From: an uncultured virus (IMG/VR IMGVR_UViG_3300005821_000187)
Taxonomy: Duplodnaviria; Heunggongvirae; Uroviricota; Caudoviricetes
Virus record (IMG/VR): IMGVR_UViG_3300005821_000187
Length of the DNA stretch: 64,000 nt
Direction: 5' to 3' (one strand)
The notes beneath the pieces were generated by a model, which saw only the letters and a list, made by a program, of their open reading frames with translations, was not told the origin of the DNA and did not search any database. Of the stretch, positions 54,462-63,463 are shown piece after piece; positions within the stretch are counted from its first letter, which is position 1; every line of letters starts with the position of its first letter. Made by a program: the position numbers and the translations under genes.

Positions 54462-56732
54462 TTATGCCGCCGCCCGAACGGCCACCAAGTGAACCGTAAT
54501 GGGGATGAAGTTGATCGGCAGCACCGGAGCGATCTCGACTGAGACCGGGAACACGTCGCCGATTTGGTCTACCTGCAAAGCCCTGTACGCCACAATGATT
54601 TCGTCATCGATGAGCCTTCCCAGCACATCGTTGGCCAAGCCCTTGATTGCCGCCGCCGAACCCGCCAGCCCACGCTGCCCGATTTTCAGCTCTAGCTGCC
54701 GGCGCAGCTCGAAGACTGCGGTGTTGGCCGACTCGTTCGCGCTCATCTCCGTGAACACCACGTTGTCATCGGCCAAGTGGGTCGTGATCGATCGAATCCA
54801 GCGAATGCCGACGTTATCGACCTTCTCGCTCATCATGAGCCCTGCGTCGATCAGCTCTTCCACGTCGTTTTCAACCGACCACGAAGAGTCGTTCCGCACG
54901 TCCGTGACGGCCGGGCGCTTGCGCGTCAGAGGCTCGCCGATGGGGCTTCCCGCTTGCATGCCCGCTGCGATGCTCGCGTAGATGTAGGGCGGATACCAAG
55001 TCGCGTCGCCGGTCTCCGGGTCGAAGCGTTGGCACTCTTCGCTGATCGCACTGATATGCCGGCTTTGGAGTACCTGAATCTCGCTCTTGATCGTGGCCCG
55101 TGCTTCGCCCGCACCGTCCGTGTTGCCGATGCCCACGTAGCCGTTGGCCTCGCTGCGAAGTCGACCCGCCCGCTCCACAAGGTGGCTCAGAAGCAGGTTG
55201 TGCACCGCGGGGTCACGCGTGAGCGGCACGATGGTGGTCACGCGGCGCTTGCGTAGAAGCTCGAAAGCCGCTTGCCATTCGCTGATCGTGGTGACGCCCT
55301 CGCCGCCCCCCGTGAGAAACGCGGGAGCGACGGTGTTCGCGGGCACGCTCGTGGCGCCCGTGGAGCGCGCTGCGCTCACGTAGGCGCTCTCTGTGTTGAG
55401 CTTTTTGATCACCGCGTAGAGATCGGCCGTGAAGTTGGCCGTGACCGCCAAGAGATTCACCGCCGCCTCGTAGTCCATGTCAGTCATGGCGAAAGTCGTC
55501 GGATTGCTCACCAAAGCGGCGGCAGTGAACCCATCGAGGGTGTTGAGCCGGTCCACGAGCTTCGACACCGTACTGTAGGTGCTATGGCTGGCAGCTTCGG
55601 CGTTACAGCTAATCGAGACCGTACGCGCCGCAGCGGTATCCCCCAGCTCGATTTGCGTAATTCTGGCGAACACCGTGGTGCCGACAACCGGCGTTGTGTT
55701 CGCGGCTGTCAGATCGATGCGCTCCGTGACTTCGACACCCGAAGCGTTGGCGCCTCGGATCACGCAATCGGTTGCATCGTCCGTATCGATGGTGACCGTG
55801 ACCACGCCGTTGACGGGCGTGTTGGTGGCGAGCACGACGCCGCGCGTAAGCACGGTGGTCGCGAGCACGAATAGCGACGCGCTGATCGGCGAGTCGCTAA
55901 CCGTGACGGTGCCAAGGGCGACCGCATCGAGCACGCATCCGAGCACCTTGGTGAAGCTCACGGTGCCCGTGGCGTTCGTGGTGCCATTCAGCGCGATGCT
56001 CTCTTTGATCGGAACATCCGACGCATCGAGCCCGTAGACGGTGATCGTCTGGGTCGTGTCGCCTGCGTTGTCGCTGGCCACGTCGAGCACGCCCGCGGCC
56101 GGGATATCGGCAGTGCGCTCCGTGACAAGCCCGATCTCATCTTTGGTGGCCGCGGCAAGGAACTGCGTCGCCGTGACCTGGCCCGTGATCGTGTCGTAGC
56201 CATCGGAGCCCGCGGCGTAGCCCACGGTGAACGCGGGGTCGCCGCCTACATCGTCGAAGACTTCCGATTCGTCTTCGAAGACGACGGTGATCTGCTTCCC
56301 CTGATTGGTGCCGGCGGCGACCGTGATATTGATCTGCTCCGTGAACAGCCCGTAATCGCGGCTCGTGAGATCCACGGCGTTGGCTGCGGAGCCATCTTGG
56401 AGCACGCCCGTGCTCTGGGTCGCGGGGTTGACCTTCACGCCGACGATCCGCTGCGCGCCGTTCGGCACGGCTTCATCGCTGGACGGTTCGAACGCGAAGA
56501 GCGAAGCCGTTTTCAGGTCGCCCGTGCGATACCGGGTGTAGACCTGCCCGCTTCGGGTCATGTCGGAAAGGGTGGTGTCAACAGTCAGCGGCACGCCGCC
56601 TTCGGCTGTTCCCACAAGGGCCACGATCCCCACCGCAGAAGGGCTAATCGTGCTGAGCGCACTCGCGTCGATCTTCGACACGACCTGCGGCACGTTGATA
56701 CGTCGCCCGTTGAAAAAGATTGCAGTAGCCAT
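54462..56732 (-). CDS. Tail sheath protein (756 aa)
   Basis: VALVGTAEGG, SRDYG, FLTGGGEG, GEPLTRK, IRSITT, PVLPINFIPIT motifs. Confidence 0.92.
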   Translation of the reverse strand: MATAIFFNGRRINVPQVVSKIDASALSTISPSAVGIVALVGTAEGGVPLTVDTTLSDMTRSGQVYTRYRTGDLKTASLFAFEPSSDEAVPNGAQRIVGVKVNPATQSTGVLQDGSAANAVDLTSRDYGLFTEQINITVAAGTNQGKQITVVFEDESEVFDDVGGDPAFTVGYAAGSDGYDTITGQVTATQFLAAATKDEIGLVTERTADIPAAGVLDVASDNAGDTTQTITVYGLDASDVPIKESIALNGTTNATGTVSFTKVLGCVLDAVALGTVTVSDSPISASLFVLATTVLTRGVVLATNTPVNGVVTVTIDTDDATDCVIRGANASGVEVTERIDLTAANTTPVVGTTVFARITQIELGDTAAARTVSISCNAEAASHSTYSTVSKLVDRLNTLDGFTAAALVSNPTTFAMTDMDYEAAVNLLAVTANFTADLYAVIKKLNTESAYVSAARSTGATSVPANTVAPAFLTGGGEGVTTISEWQAAFELLRKRRVTTIVPLTRDPAVHNLLLSHLVERAGRLRSEANGYVGIGNTDGAGEARATIKSEIQVLQSRHISAISEECQRFDPETGDATWYPPYIYASIAAGMQAGSPIGEPLTRKRPAVTDVRNDSSWSVENDVEELIDAGLMMSEKVDNVGIRWIRSITTHLADDNVVFTEMSANESANTAVFELRRQLELKIGQRGLAGSAAAIKGLANDVLGRLIDDEIIVAYRALQVDQIGDVFPVSVEIAPVLPINFIPITVHLVAVRAAA

Positions 56733-56746
56733 GTACCCCTTACCCC

Positions 56747-57073
56747 CTACCTAGGTTCACTCTTGAAGGCTTCGAATGCCGTCTTCCACTCATCCCGTGT
56801 GAGCTTACGGACGGCCTGTGACAGTCGCTCTTGACTCGCGAATGAACGCAAGATTGGATCTTTGGTTCCCCGCACGAATGACTGGATCGTAACGCGTGGC
56901 GTTCGGTCTGGCAGCTCTTGCGCCAAACTAACGGTAGAAGGGCTCTTTGCGGGCGCGGGCTCCGATGGAACAGCCTCCGGCGCGGCCTCAATATCCTCTA
57001 GTGCCGGCTCCGCTTCACGCGGTGCCGACGAACTCTCAGTGCTCCCCCCGGAGCGCCCCCTAGCTTTCGCCAT
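56747..57073 (-). CDS. Hypothetical protein upstream of the sheath gene (108 aa)
   Basis: Coupled ORF with a low-complexity N-terminus. Confidence 0.55.
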   Translation of the reverse strand: MAKARGRSGGSTESSSAPREAEPALEDIEAAPEAVPSEPAPAKSPSTVSLAQELPDRTPRVTIQSFVRGTKDPILRSFASQERLSQAVRKLTRDEWKTAFEAFKSEPR

Positions 57074-57845
57074 TTTCAGATCCTTCTGGGACGTACGGTG
57101 TCACGGTCCCTCGTATTCCGTCCACTACGATATCATCCATGTGGAGCCCCAAGATACGCACCTTGGCCGGGTCAATCACGAGCCTTGGTACGCTCATCGG
57201 AGCCGTCGCCTGAATGCGCAGCACGCGGGCGTACATGTTATCGGGCAAGTACATCTCTTCGGGGCTCAGCTCGCCGCCGCTGAAAGAGAGCCCGGTAAAA
57301 CCAGCGCATTGAAGCGCGGTTTTTGCGCCAAAAAGCACCATCTTGGCGAACTGGTAGAGGTACACCGCCACGTCGCTGTTCTGCGCGTAGACGTAGATCC
57401 CGTAGGTGTTCTGAAAGAAGCCGCCTTCGTACTCCGCCGCTTCGCCGGGCTCCCCATCGAGCGTCATGCCCATGTAATCGCCCATAAGTTGGGGGTCGGT
57501 CTCTTCCTCGCTTTCGAGGATAATGGCGAAGCACGGAAAGTCGCCCGACGCCCGCGGGTAGCCTATGACCGTGGCCGGGGGCTCGCGCATGAAGTTGGTG
57601 ACGAATCGTGCGCGCTCTTCGGCGCCGGCCGTGGGATCGAAAAAGTGGCTAAAGAAACGAGTCAGCTCAGGCTCGTTCGCCGCCAGCCGTGCGACTTCGG
57701 AGCGCAACAGGTTCAAAATGATGCGCTCCAACAGCACGATGCTCGTGCGCGCGTTGGCGAGCGCCGGCCCTTCGAAAAAGGGTTCGATGCTGTTCTCTAG
57801 GGTGCCGCCTAGATTGCGGGGGTTGGCCTTGTCTTTGCGACTCAT
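57060..57845 (-). CDS. Putative tail terminator/completion protein (261 aa)
   Basis: GYPR...FPCFAIILESEEE, YARVLRI; position before the sheath gene. Confidence 0.6.
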   Translation of the reverse strand: MSRKDKANPRNLGGTLENSIEPFFEGPALANARTSIVLLERIILNLLRSEVARLAANEPELTRFFSHFFDPTAGAEERARFVTNFMREPPATVIGYPRASGDFPCFAIILESEEETDPQLMGDYMGMTLDGEPGEAAEYEGGFFQNTYGIYVYAQNSDVAVYLYQFAKMVLFGAKTALQCAGFTGLSFSGGELSPEEMYLPDNMYARVLRIQATAPMSVPRLVIDPAKVRILGLHMDDIVVDGIRGTVTPYVPEGSENGES

Positions 57846-58663
57846 TTGCCCTCTATGATCTGACGCATGATGATCGGCGCGAATAGCTCGATGCGTGCCT
57901 GCACTTGGGGCGCGAATCGCTTGCCTTCAATCCCCGGATGGTGCCAGCTCTTGCCCTCCGTGCCGGGGCGCACCTTCGAGCTGATCCGCCGGAACGTCGT
58001 GTAGCCGCTGGTCTGGCTCGCGCTCTCATACTGCTTCGAGTCGCGCTGCATCCCCGTCCAAATGCTCGTGGTGTGCCAGTCTTGGCGCTTCGTTTTCAGC
58101 ATGGTCACGACCTGCTTACTGATCCCGCGCATCGTCGGCTCTAGCCGCTTGCCGTGGATCTTGTCGATCCGTGTATCTTTCGTGCTACGGGCCGACAAGG
58201 TGCTTGGCCCTTCGAGCTTTTTGGCTCGCGACTTCGTACCGTCCAGCTTTTTGGCCGCGTTGTAGATGGGCTTGGGCATGGCTTCGCCCACGTTGCGCCC
58301 CCCTGTGCCCGGCGTGCCGTGGCGGAACGGCACCGTGAGGTATTTGCTCCCATCGGCGGCCGTCTTGGCCTTCGGGCCTTTGAGCATCCAATCGCGCATG
58401 TCGCCGCCGCGCCAGCCGTTTTCGATCATGTTCGGGAGCACACCCGTGAGCACGATGTACTCCCGGTTCTCCGTGGAGCGGTGGCTCAGCTCGTGAATGT
58501 AGGCGCGCGATGAGCTTCCCAGCTTGGTTTTGGCGAGATGGGTCCAGTATTCCATCGCCTTGGCGCCTAGCTCCGCTTGGAGCCGCTTCGTGTCCGTGCG
58601 GCGCGGGAGCGAGCGCGCGACGTTCGCGACTACCTGGCTCATATCGACTTTGATGATCGCCAT
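57842..58663 (-). CDS. Putative neck/tail-completion protein (273 aa)
   Basis: LPNMIENG, YLTVPFRH, YTTFRRIS...SWHHPG; located in the neck cluster. Confidence 0.65.
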   Translation of the reverse strand: MAIIKVDMSQVVANVARSLPRRTDTKRLQAELGAKAMEYWTHLAKTKLGSSSRAYIHELSHRSTENREYIVLTGVLPNMIENGWRGGDMRDWMLKGPKAKTAADGSKYLTVPFRHGTPGTGGRNVGEAMPKPIYNAAKKLDGTKSRAKKLEGPSTLSARSTKDTRIDKIHGKRLEPTMRGISKQVVTMLKTKRQDWHTTSIWTGMQRDSKQYESASQTSGYTTFRRISSKVRPGTEGKSWHHPGIEGKRFAPQVQARIELFAPIIMRQIIEGK

Positions 58664-59514
58664 TATCCCGTGACCGGCGGCACCGCAGCCGAGTTGATAT
58701 CGATGAGGTAGTCGAGCCGTGCGGCTGCCTGAATCGGGAGCGCCGTCACAGTGTCTTTGGGTTGCTTGGTGCCCCGCACATCGTCGCGAGTCGAGTGCGG
58801 ATGGCTAATGATCTGGAAAACGGGATGGAAGTCGTAGAGCACGCTGTAGGTCGTCCCGTCGCTCACGGCGTTATTGCCCTGCGCGGTCCACTTGATCCAC
58901 CCCTCATCGGTCACTTCGAAATGATAGCCCGATTCGAGCAAGGTGAACGAATCCCCGGTGTGCACTGCCAGCCGCGTGACACTCGTGACCCGGTAGCGCG
59001 CGGAGTCGACCCCATCGGGGAGCTTGCTCCGCCGGCCGCGTCGGTTGCCCTTCCGCAACAGCTCATTGAAACTCATGAGCGAGTCTTCCATTTCGATGGA
59101 ATCGCGGAAGCCGAGCCGGTACTGCGGGAGCACGGTGATCTGCACGTTGCCTTCAAGCCACATGCCGAACTTTTCGTAGATTTTGGTGGCCTTGTCGAAG
59201 CTCACCATGTGCGCGCGGATGCGGTGGCCGTCCACGTAGATGTAGCCCGACCCATCGCAGTCTTCGCAGTCCACTAGGGGCTGCCCCGTGTCGCGGTTCT
59301 CACACGGGCAAAGCAGGGCCTTGCGCCACACCACGAATTTGCCGTGCTGCCCAATGACCCGTTCGAACTCTTGCGGGCGAAAGTCGGCCCGCGTCTTCTG
59401 CTTTGCCGGGTAGTCCTCGGAGGTGTCGTACTGCCCAACGGTTGGCGGCACGTCGACCACCCGATCGGCGTGATCAACGGGCGCTGGGGGAGCGAGCTTC
59501 GAAGGGTCGGCCAT
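58663..59514 (-). CDS. Putative head-closure/neck protein with a Cys motif (283 aa)
   Basis: WRKALLCPC...CEDCDGSGYIY, LGFRDSI. Confidence 0.65.
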   Translation of the reverse strand: MADPSKLAPPAPVDHADRVVDVPPTVGQYDTSEDYPAKQKTRADFRPQEFERVIGQHGKFVVWRKALLCPCENRDTGQPLVDCEDCDGSGYIYVDGHRIRAHMVSFDKATKIYEKFGMWLEGNVQITVLPQYRLGFRDSIEMEDSLMSFNELLRKGNRRGRRSKLPDGVDSARYRVTSVTRLAVHTGDSFTLLESGYHFEVTDEGWIKWTAQGNNAVSDGTTYSVLYDFHPVFQIISHPHSTRDDVRGTKQPKDTVTALPIQAAARLDYLIDINSAAVPPVTG

Positions 59515-59548
59515 GGCCCCGCAAGGTTAGCTCAGGGTCTCAGGATAA

Positions 59549-60085
59549 TCAGCTACCCTCTAGGATCTCTTTTTTGATGCGCTCTTGCACGCGCGCCTTG
59601 GCTACGGGGTCGAGCCGCCACATCGGCGGAACGGGCTCCGGCGATGGCTCATACGTGACCAGCGTCGTGTCATCGTGCCACCGCCACTTGCCGCCCCTCA
59701 CCATGAGCCCCGCGGGGACGGGCATCCCGCGCTCCGGCCGTGACATTCCCCCGGCTGCGCAATCGAACACCTTCCCCTTCGAGATACAGACAAGGTGACT
59801 CAGGTAGCCTTCTGCATCCGGGTTGTGGCTCGTGATCCCCACCGACCACGCGTAATGCGGCATTGGATCGTAGTGCCCTTCCATGCGTCGCTGCACCCAA
59901 TCGAAAAAGGGCCAATTCATGGCGACGGTATCCATGCTCGCGAGTCGCGCGGGTATCCCCTTGGCGCGCAAGACTTCCTGGCAGTGGTACGCGGCGGGAA
60001 TGCACACGTCCTTCCGCCCGTACTCCGCGAACACGATATCGGGGAGCCGAGCGACAAGACGCGCGAATAACTCAGAACGCTTCAT
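59549..60085 (-). CDS. Transglutaminase/papain-like Cys-His-Asp protein (178 aa)
   Basis: DVCIPAA...VLRAKGIPARL, YLSHLVC, VFDC; TGcTATACT promoter 6 nt before ATG 60085. Confidence 0.55.
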   Translation of the reverse strand: MKRSELFARLVARLPDIVFAEYGRKDVCIPAAYHCQEVLRAKGIPARLASMDTVAMNWPFFDWVQRRMEGHYDPMPHYAWSVGITSHNPDAEGYLSHLVCISKGKVFDCAAGGMSRPERGMPVPAGLMVRGGKWRWHDDTTLVTYEPSPEPVPPMWRLDPVAKARVQERIKKEILEGS

Positions 60086-60193
60086 TCCCCAAGTATAGCA
60101 CGGATCGTATACGACCCCAAAAACACGGCGTATACGGTCGATTTGACACGGTAGACGGCGCACCGTACTCTTTAGGTGAAGGGAACGAAGACC
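60086..60193. promoter_or_regulatory. Divergent promoters with CGTATACG boxes
   Basis: Plus: TTGACA(60143)-17 nt-TACTCT, then TGAAGGGAACGAAGACC-ATG. Minus: TGCTATACT. CGTATACG at 60106 and 60129. Confidence 0.7.
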
Positions 60194-60655
60194 ATGACCA
60201 CCATCAAAAACGAACTACGAGGCCGGCTGCACACCCCGCTTTTCGCGAAAGCCTACGCGCTCGCGGGCAACGCCACGTTCACCGTGTTGAACCCGGAGAG
60301 CGGCAACCGCTTCACGTTCAAGGTGAAGCGCAAGGATGTGGGCACGGAAGCCGAACCCAAAGAGCTGTTCTTTGTCGGCTTGCTGAGCGGAGCGGACAAC
60401 GAAGCCGACTACTCGTTCCTCGGAACGATCTTCGACGCGGAAAAGTTTGTGCACGGCCGCAAGAGCAAGGTCGGCGCCGAAGCCCCCAGCGCACGAGCCT
60501 TCCGCTGGCTTTGGAGCCGCTTGGCTGGCGACGCTGACTTCGCCCCCGCGGAGTTTTGGCACGAGGGCCGCTGCGGGCGCTGCGGGCGCAAGCTCACGGT
60601 CCCGGCGAGCATCGAGCGCGGCCTAGGCCCCGTGTGCGCGGGCGCGGGGCAGTAA
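60194..60655 (+). CDS. DUF6011-like Zn-finger protein (153 aa)
   Basis: C-terminal HEGRCGRCGRKLTVPASIERGLGPVCA; promoter and leader upstream. Confidence 0.75.
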   Translation: MTTIKNELRGRLHTPLFAKAYALAGNATFTVLNPESGNRFTFKVKRKDVGTEAEPKELFFVGLLSGADNEADYSFLGTIFDAEKFVHGRKSKVGAEAPSARAFRWLWSRLAGDADFAPAEFWHEGRCGRCGRKLTVPASIERGLGPVCAGAGQ

Positions 60656-60749
60656 GCCTGATCCGACCTTGAACTAGGCCGGCTTGACAATCGGATACGG
60701 TGCATCGACTATGATGCGTCGTATCCTACAACGAAGGAGAGTCCCTAAC

Positions 60750-61100
60750 ATGCCCAAAAAGGCAACTACCAAACGCGTCCCCCGGCGCAAATTCACCCCC
60801 GCGCGGAAGCAACAGATCGTGACCGCGGCTTCGAAGACTTCGGTCGCTGCGGCTGCCAAGCGGTTCAAGGTGAGCGATGCGCTGATCTACAAGTGGAAAA
60901 ACCAGCTCGCATCGGCCAAGACGGTGCCGGCTCCCAAGGCTGCGCCAGCCCCCACGCGCAAGCGGCGCAAGACGCGTACCCGGAGCAACAAGCTCGTGCA
61001 GTACGCGAAGACGAATCATCTCGAAACTGAGAACCAACAGCTTCGGAACATGGTCGTCGACCAGCTCTTGATTATCAAAGAGCTACAGCACCGCGCGTGA
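60750..61100 (+). CDS. IS3-family OrfA-like HTH/leucine-zipper protein, solitary (116 aa)
   Basis: RRKFTPARKQQIV...SVAAAAKRFKVSDALIYKWKNQ and LETENQQLRNMVVDQLL; AAGGAG RBS. Confidence 0.7.
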   Translation: MPKKATTKRVPRRKFTPARKQQIVTAASKTSVAAAAKRFKVSDALIYKWKNQLASAKTVPAPKAAPAPTRKRRKTRTRSNKLVQYAKTNHLETENQQLRNMVVDQLLIIKELQHRA

Positions 61101-62339
61101 GTCGCCCATCGCGATGTGATTGGCGAGAAACAGGGCAGCCTCGTTCGCCACTTCCACGCGATACATGAGCGCCCGATGGATGGGTTCCACATCCACCATG
61201 CCGACTTTGGCGTGGTGGTAGTGGAGCGCATCGGGCACTTCCGCGTGGACCTTGCGTAGATACTCGATGGCCAAGGGGCGCCGGATGGCCAGCCCGCGGC
61301 GCTCTAGCCGTACGATCTTCTCGCGCTCATCGCCCGTGAGCGTCTTCCAAACGGGGCTCACCATCATGGCGCGGATAACCGTTTGCGCCGTCGACACCGG
61401 GAGCACATCCCAGCGGTTCTCATAGCCGGGTACTCGCGCAGCTTCGCGGGGCACGCCATCTTGCAAGTCCCCTACGGAGTCCAGCCACGCGTCTACGTCG
61501 GAAACACGGATCTTGTGGTCGACGGTATCGCTCTGCTTCTCGTGTGCCGCCACGCCGATGGACCATAGGCACCGGAGCGCAGACTGCCGGAGCGTGGGGT
61601 TGTGGAGGTAGAGCACGGGCGCGTTGTAGGTCTCATCCCACTTCGATGCGCTGGCGAAGAGCCCCCGCAGAAGTGCGGCGCGAATCCAAGCTGGCGCCTG
61701 AAAGAAACGGTTCGGGATCGACTGGCCTTCCGCGGCCGACTGAAACCCCAGATCGCGCAGCCATCGATGGAAGTCCCGGTCATGGATCGAAAGCATGGCG
61801 TGGTCGCCTTCGGTCGCCATCGCGGGAATGAAGTGGGCGTCACACGTCGCTGCGAAGTCTTCGAGCAAGGGCTCATCCAAGCGGTTGTAGGCGAAAACGC
61901 TGAATGACTCCGTGCTGGGTGGGGCTCCGGGGAAGTAGCCGCTGCCGAGCGCGTAGCCGAGTAGGTGCCAAATGCCGGGATCTTCGAGCGTCGCCCGGTC
62001 CCGGTAGCCACACCCCAGCAAGTCGGTATCGAGCAAGGTATCTTCGCGCTTGTAGCCCATGAGCACGCGGTCACCCGCTTTGAGTGCCCGTTGCTCGCGC
62101 CACAAGGGGGCTCCTAGGGCGCTCTCTGAGGGGACGACCGCTAGAGCCTGCGATGGGCTCACGAGCGCGGAGAGCCCGTTGGCGAGCTTCACGCGGGCAA
62201 CAGGCTCGACCCCCGCGGAGTAGGCCAGGGCTTCCTCGTATCGCTGGCCCGTCCAGACCTTGAACGGGGCCGTGGTGAGGGCTTCGACGGGCATGAGGCC
62301 CTTCGACGTGGTGATCAGGGTGCCGGGGGCAACGCTCAT
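61083..62339 (-). CDS. Free-standing intein-like (Hint + LAGLIDADG) protein with degenerate catalytic motifs (418 aa)
   Basis: Block A SVAPGTLITT..G..PVE, block B LANG...SPSQ, LGYALGSG, LRGLFASAS, block F/G MYRVEV...FLANHIAMGD/S. Confidence 0.82.
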   Translation of the reverse strand: MSVAPGTLITTSKGLMPVEALTTAPFKVWTGQRYEEALAYSAGVEPVARVKLANGLSALVSPSQALAVVPSESALGAPLWREQRALKAGDRVLMGYKREDTLLDTDLLGCGYRDRATLEDPGIWHLLGYALGSGYFPGAPPSTESFSVFAYNRLDEPLLEDFAATCDAHFIPAMATEGDHAMLSIHDRDFHRWLRDLGFQSAAEGQSIPNRFFQAPAWIRAALLRGLFASASKWDETYNAPVLYLHNPTLRQSALRCLWSIGVAAHEKQSDTVDHKIRVSDVDAWLDSVGDLQDGVPREAARVPGYENRWDVLPVSTAQTVIRAMMVSPVWKTLTGDEREKIVRLERRGLAIRRPLAIEYLRKVHAEVPDALHYHHAKVGMVDVEPIHRALMYRVEVANEAALFLANHIAMGDSRAVL

Positions 62340-62364
62340 GCCCGACTTATACGCCGGGCCGTTG

Positions 62365-63450
62365 CTATGCCCAAGTCATTTTGAGGCCGCGGTAATACTG
62401 CTTATACATCGGGATCGCGGCCTTGATCTCTTTGAGGTAGTTGCCCACGCGAGCGCCATACCCGGAGTTGGTGGCGGAGCTAGTGGTGCCGATGGCTTGG
62501 CTCAGCCCGTCCATGCTCAGAGAGATATTCGCGATGCCCGCGCCCGCGATGAGATCGCCAAAAATATGGAAGGGGCCGATGCTCGCCATCATGCCGATCA
62601 CATTGATGATATCGGCTGGGATCTGGCCCTCTTCGAAGCCGGCCGTGTAGCTCACTTCGAAGAGCTGCGGGAGATAGTCGAGCCCGTTGTAGATGGCCGG
62701 CAAGAATGAGCCGCCCTGGCCCACAAGGATCTCGGAGAGCGTGCCGCTGGTCGGGACGATCTGCACTTGCCCTTCGAGCTTGTTCAAGCGAATCCATTCG
62801 CCGGGAAAGATGATCACGTTCTGCCCCGAAGGATATTGAACGCGAAACTCGTCAACGGTGATCACTGGCGTGTTGTCCAAGTGAATGAAGTTGAACGAGT
62901 GATAGTCGTGGCGGTAGTAGTCGTGCTTCTCTACGAAGGTCGACGGCAACAGCGGGATATCGACCTGCTTCTCGAAGCCGCGAATCGCGGCCATGATGTA
63001 GCTCAGGTACACGGCGTCTTCTAGCGGTACGCCTTTGTCATTCGTAAGGTCGAGCCCGAACATGTAGCGCGACTTTAGGTCATCGACCGTGAGGATATTG
63101 CGCACGGCCAAGCCCGCTCCCAGAATCGGGGGGCTCGCTTCCGTGCACATCTTCTCGCCCTTGACCGTGCCCGCGTAGCGCGTGCGGTACAGGTAGGTCG
63201 GGCTCCCGCAGCGGTCGAAAAACTCGTAGACGAACTGTTCGGCTTTGAGCACGGGCCGCTCTGAGGCGTGCGTGATCTCTTGGTACGTGAGGCCCTGGTC
63301 CGTGCTCCGCTCGACCACGAGCCGTTCCATGCCGGCAGCGATGGCGATGGCCACGTTCGGGTCATTGGTCGTGACGCGAATGACGTTGCCCGACGCGCGT
63401 GTATCAATGCCGCTGTTCTCTGCCGGGTCTAGTGGATTTACCTGAGCCAT
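62365..63450 (-). CDS. Head-tail adaptor/neck protein (361 aa)
   Basis: LTVDDLKSRYMFG, EKHDY, PQLFEVSYTAGF, GAGIANISLSMDGLSQ...SATNSGYGARV. Confidence 0.75.
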   Translation of the reverse strand: MAQVNPLDPAENSGIDTRASGNVIRVTTNDPNVAIAIAAGMERLVVERSTDQGLTYQEITHASERPVLKAEQFVYEFFDRCGSPTYLYRTRYAGTVKGEKMCTEASPPILGAGLAVRNILTVDDLKSRYMFGLDLTNDKGVPLEDAVYLSYIMAAIRGFEKQVDIPLLPSTFVEKHDYYRHDYHSFNFIHLDNTPVITVDEFRVQYPSGQNVIIFPGEWIRLNKLEGQVQIVPTSGTLSEILVGQGGSFLPAIYNGLDYLPQLFEVSYTAGFEEGQIPADIINVIGMMASIGPFHIFGDLIAGAGIANISLSMDGLSQAIGTTSSATNSGYGARVGNYLKEIKAAIPMYKQYYRGLKMTWA

Positions 63451-63463
63451 GCGTCCCCCTCAC

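Noticed and set aside
60684..61100. Complete IS3 insertion sequence
   Set aside because: No OrfB transposase, inverted repeats or target duplication seen; reported as a solitary OrfA-like gene instead.
61083..63450. Intein as an in-frame insertion in the upstream neck gene
   Set aside because: The neck gene ends with a stop at 62365 and looks complete; the intein-like ORF starts separately at 62339.
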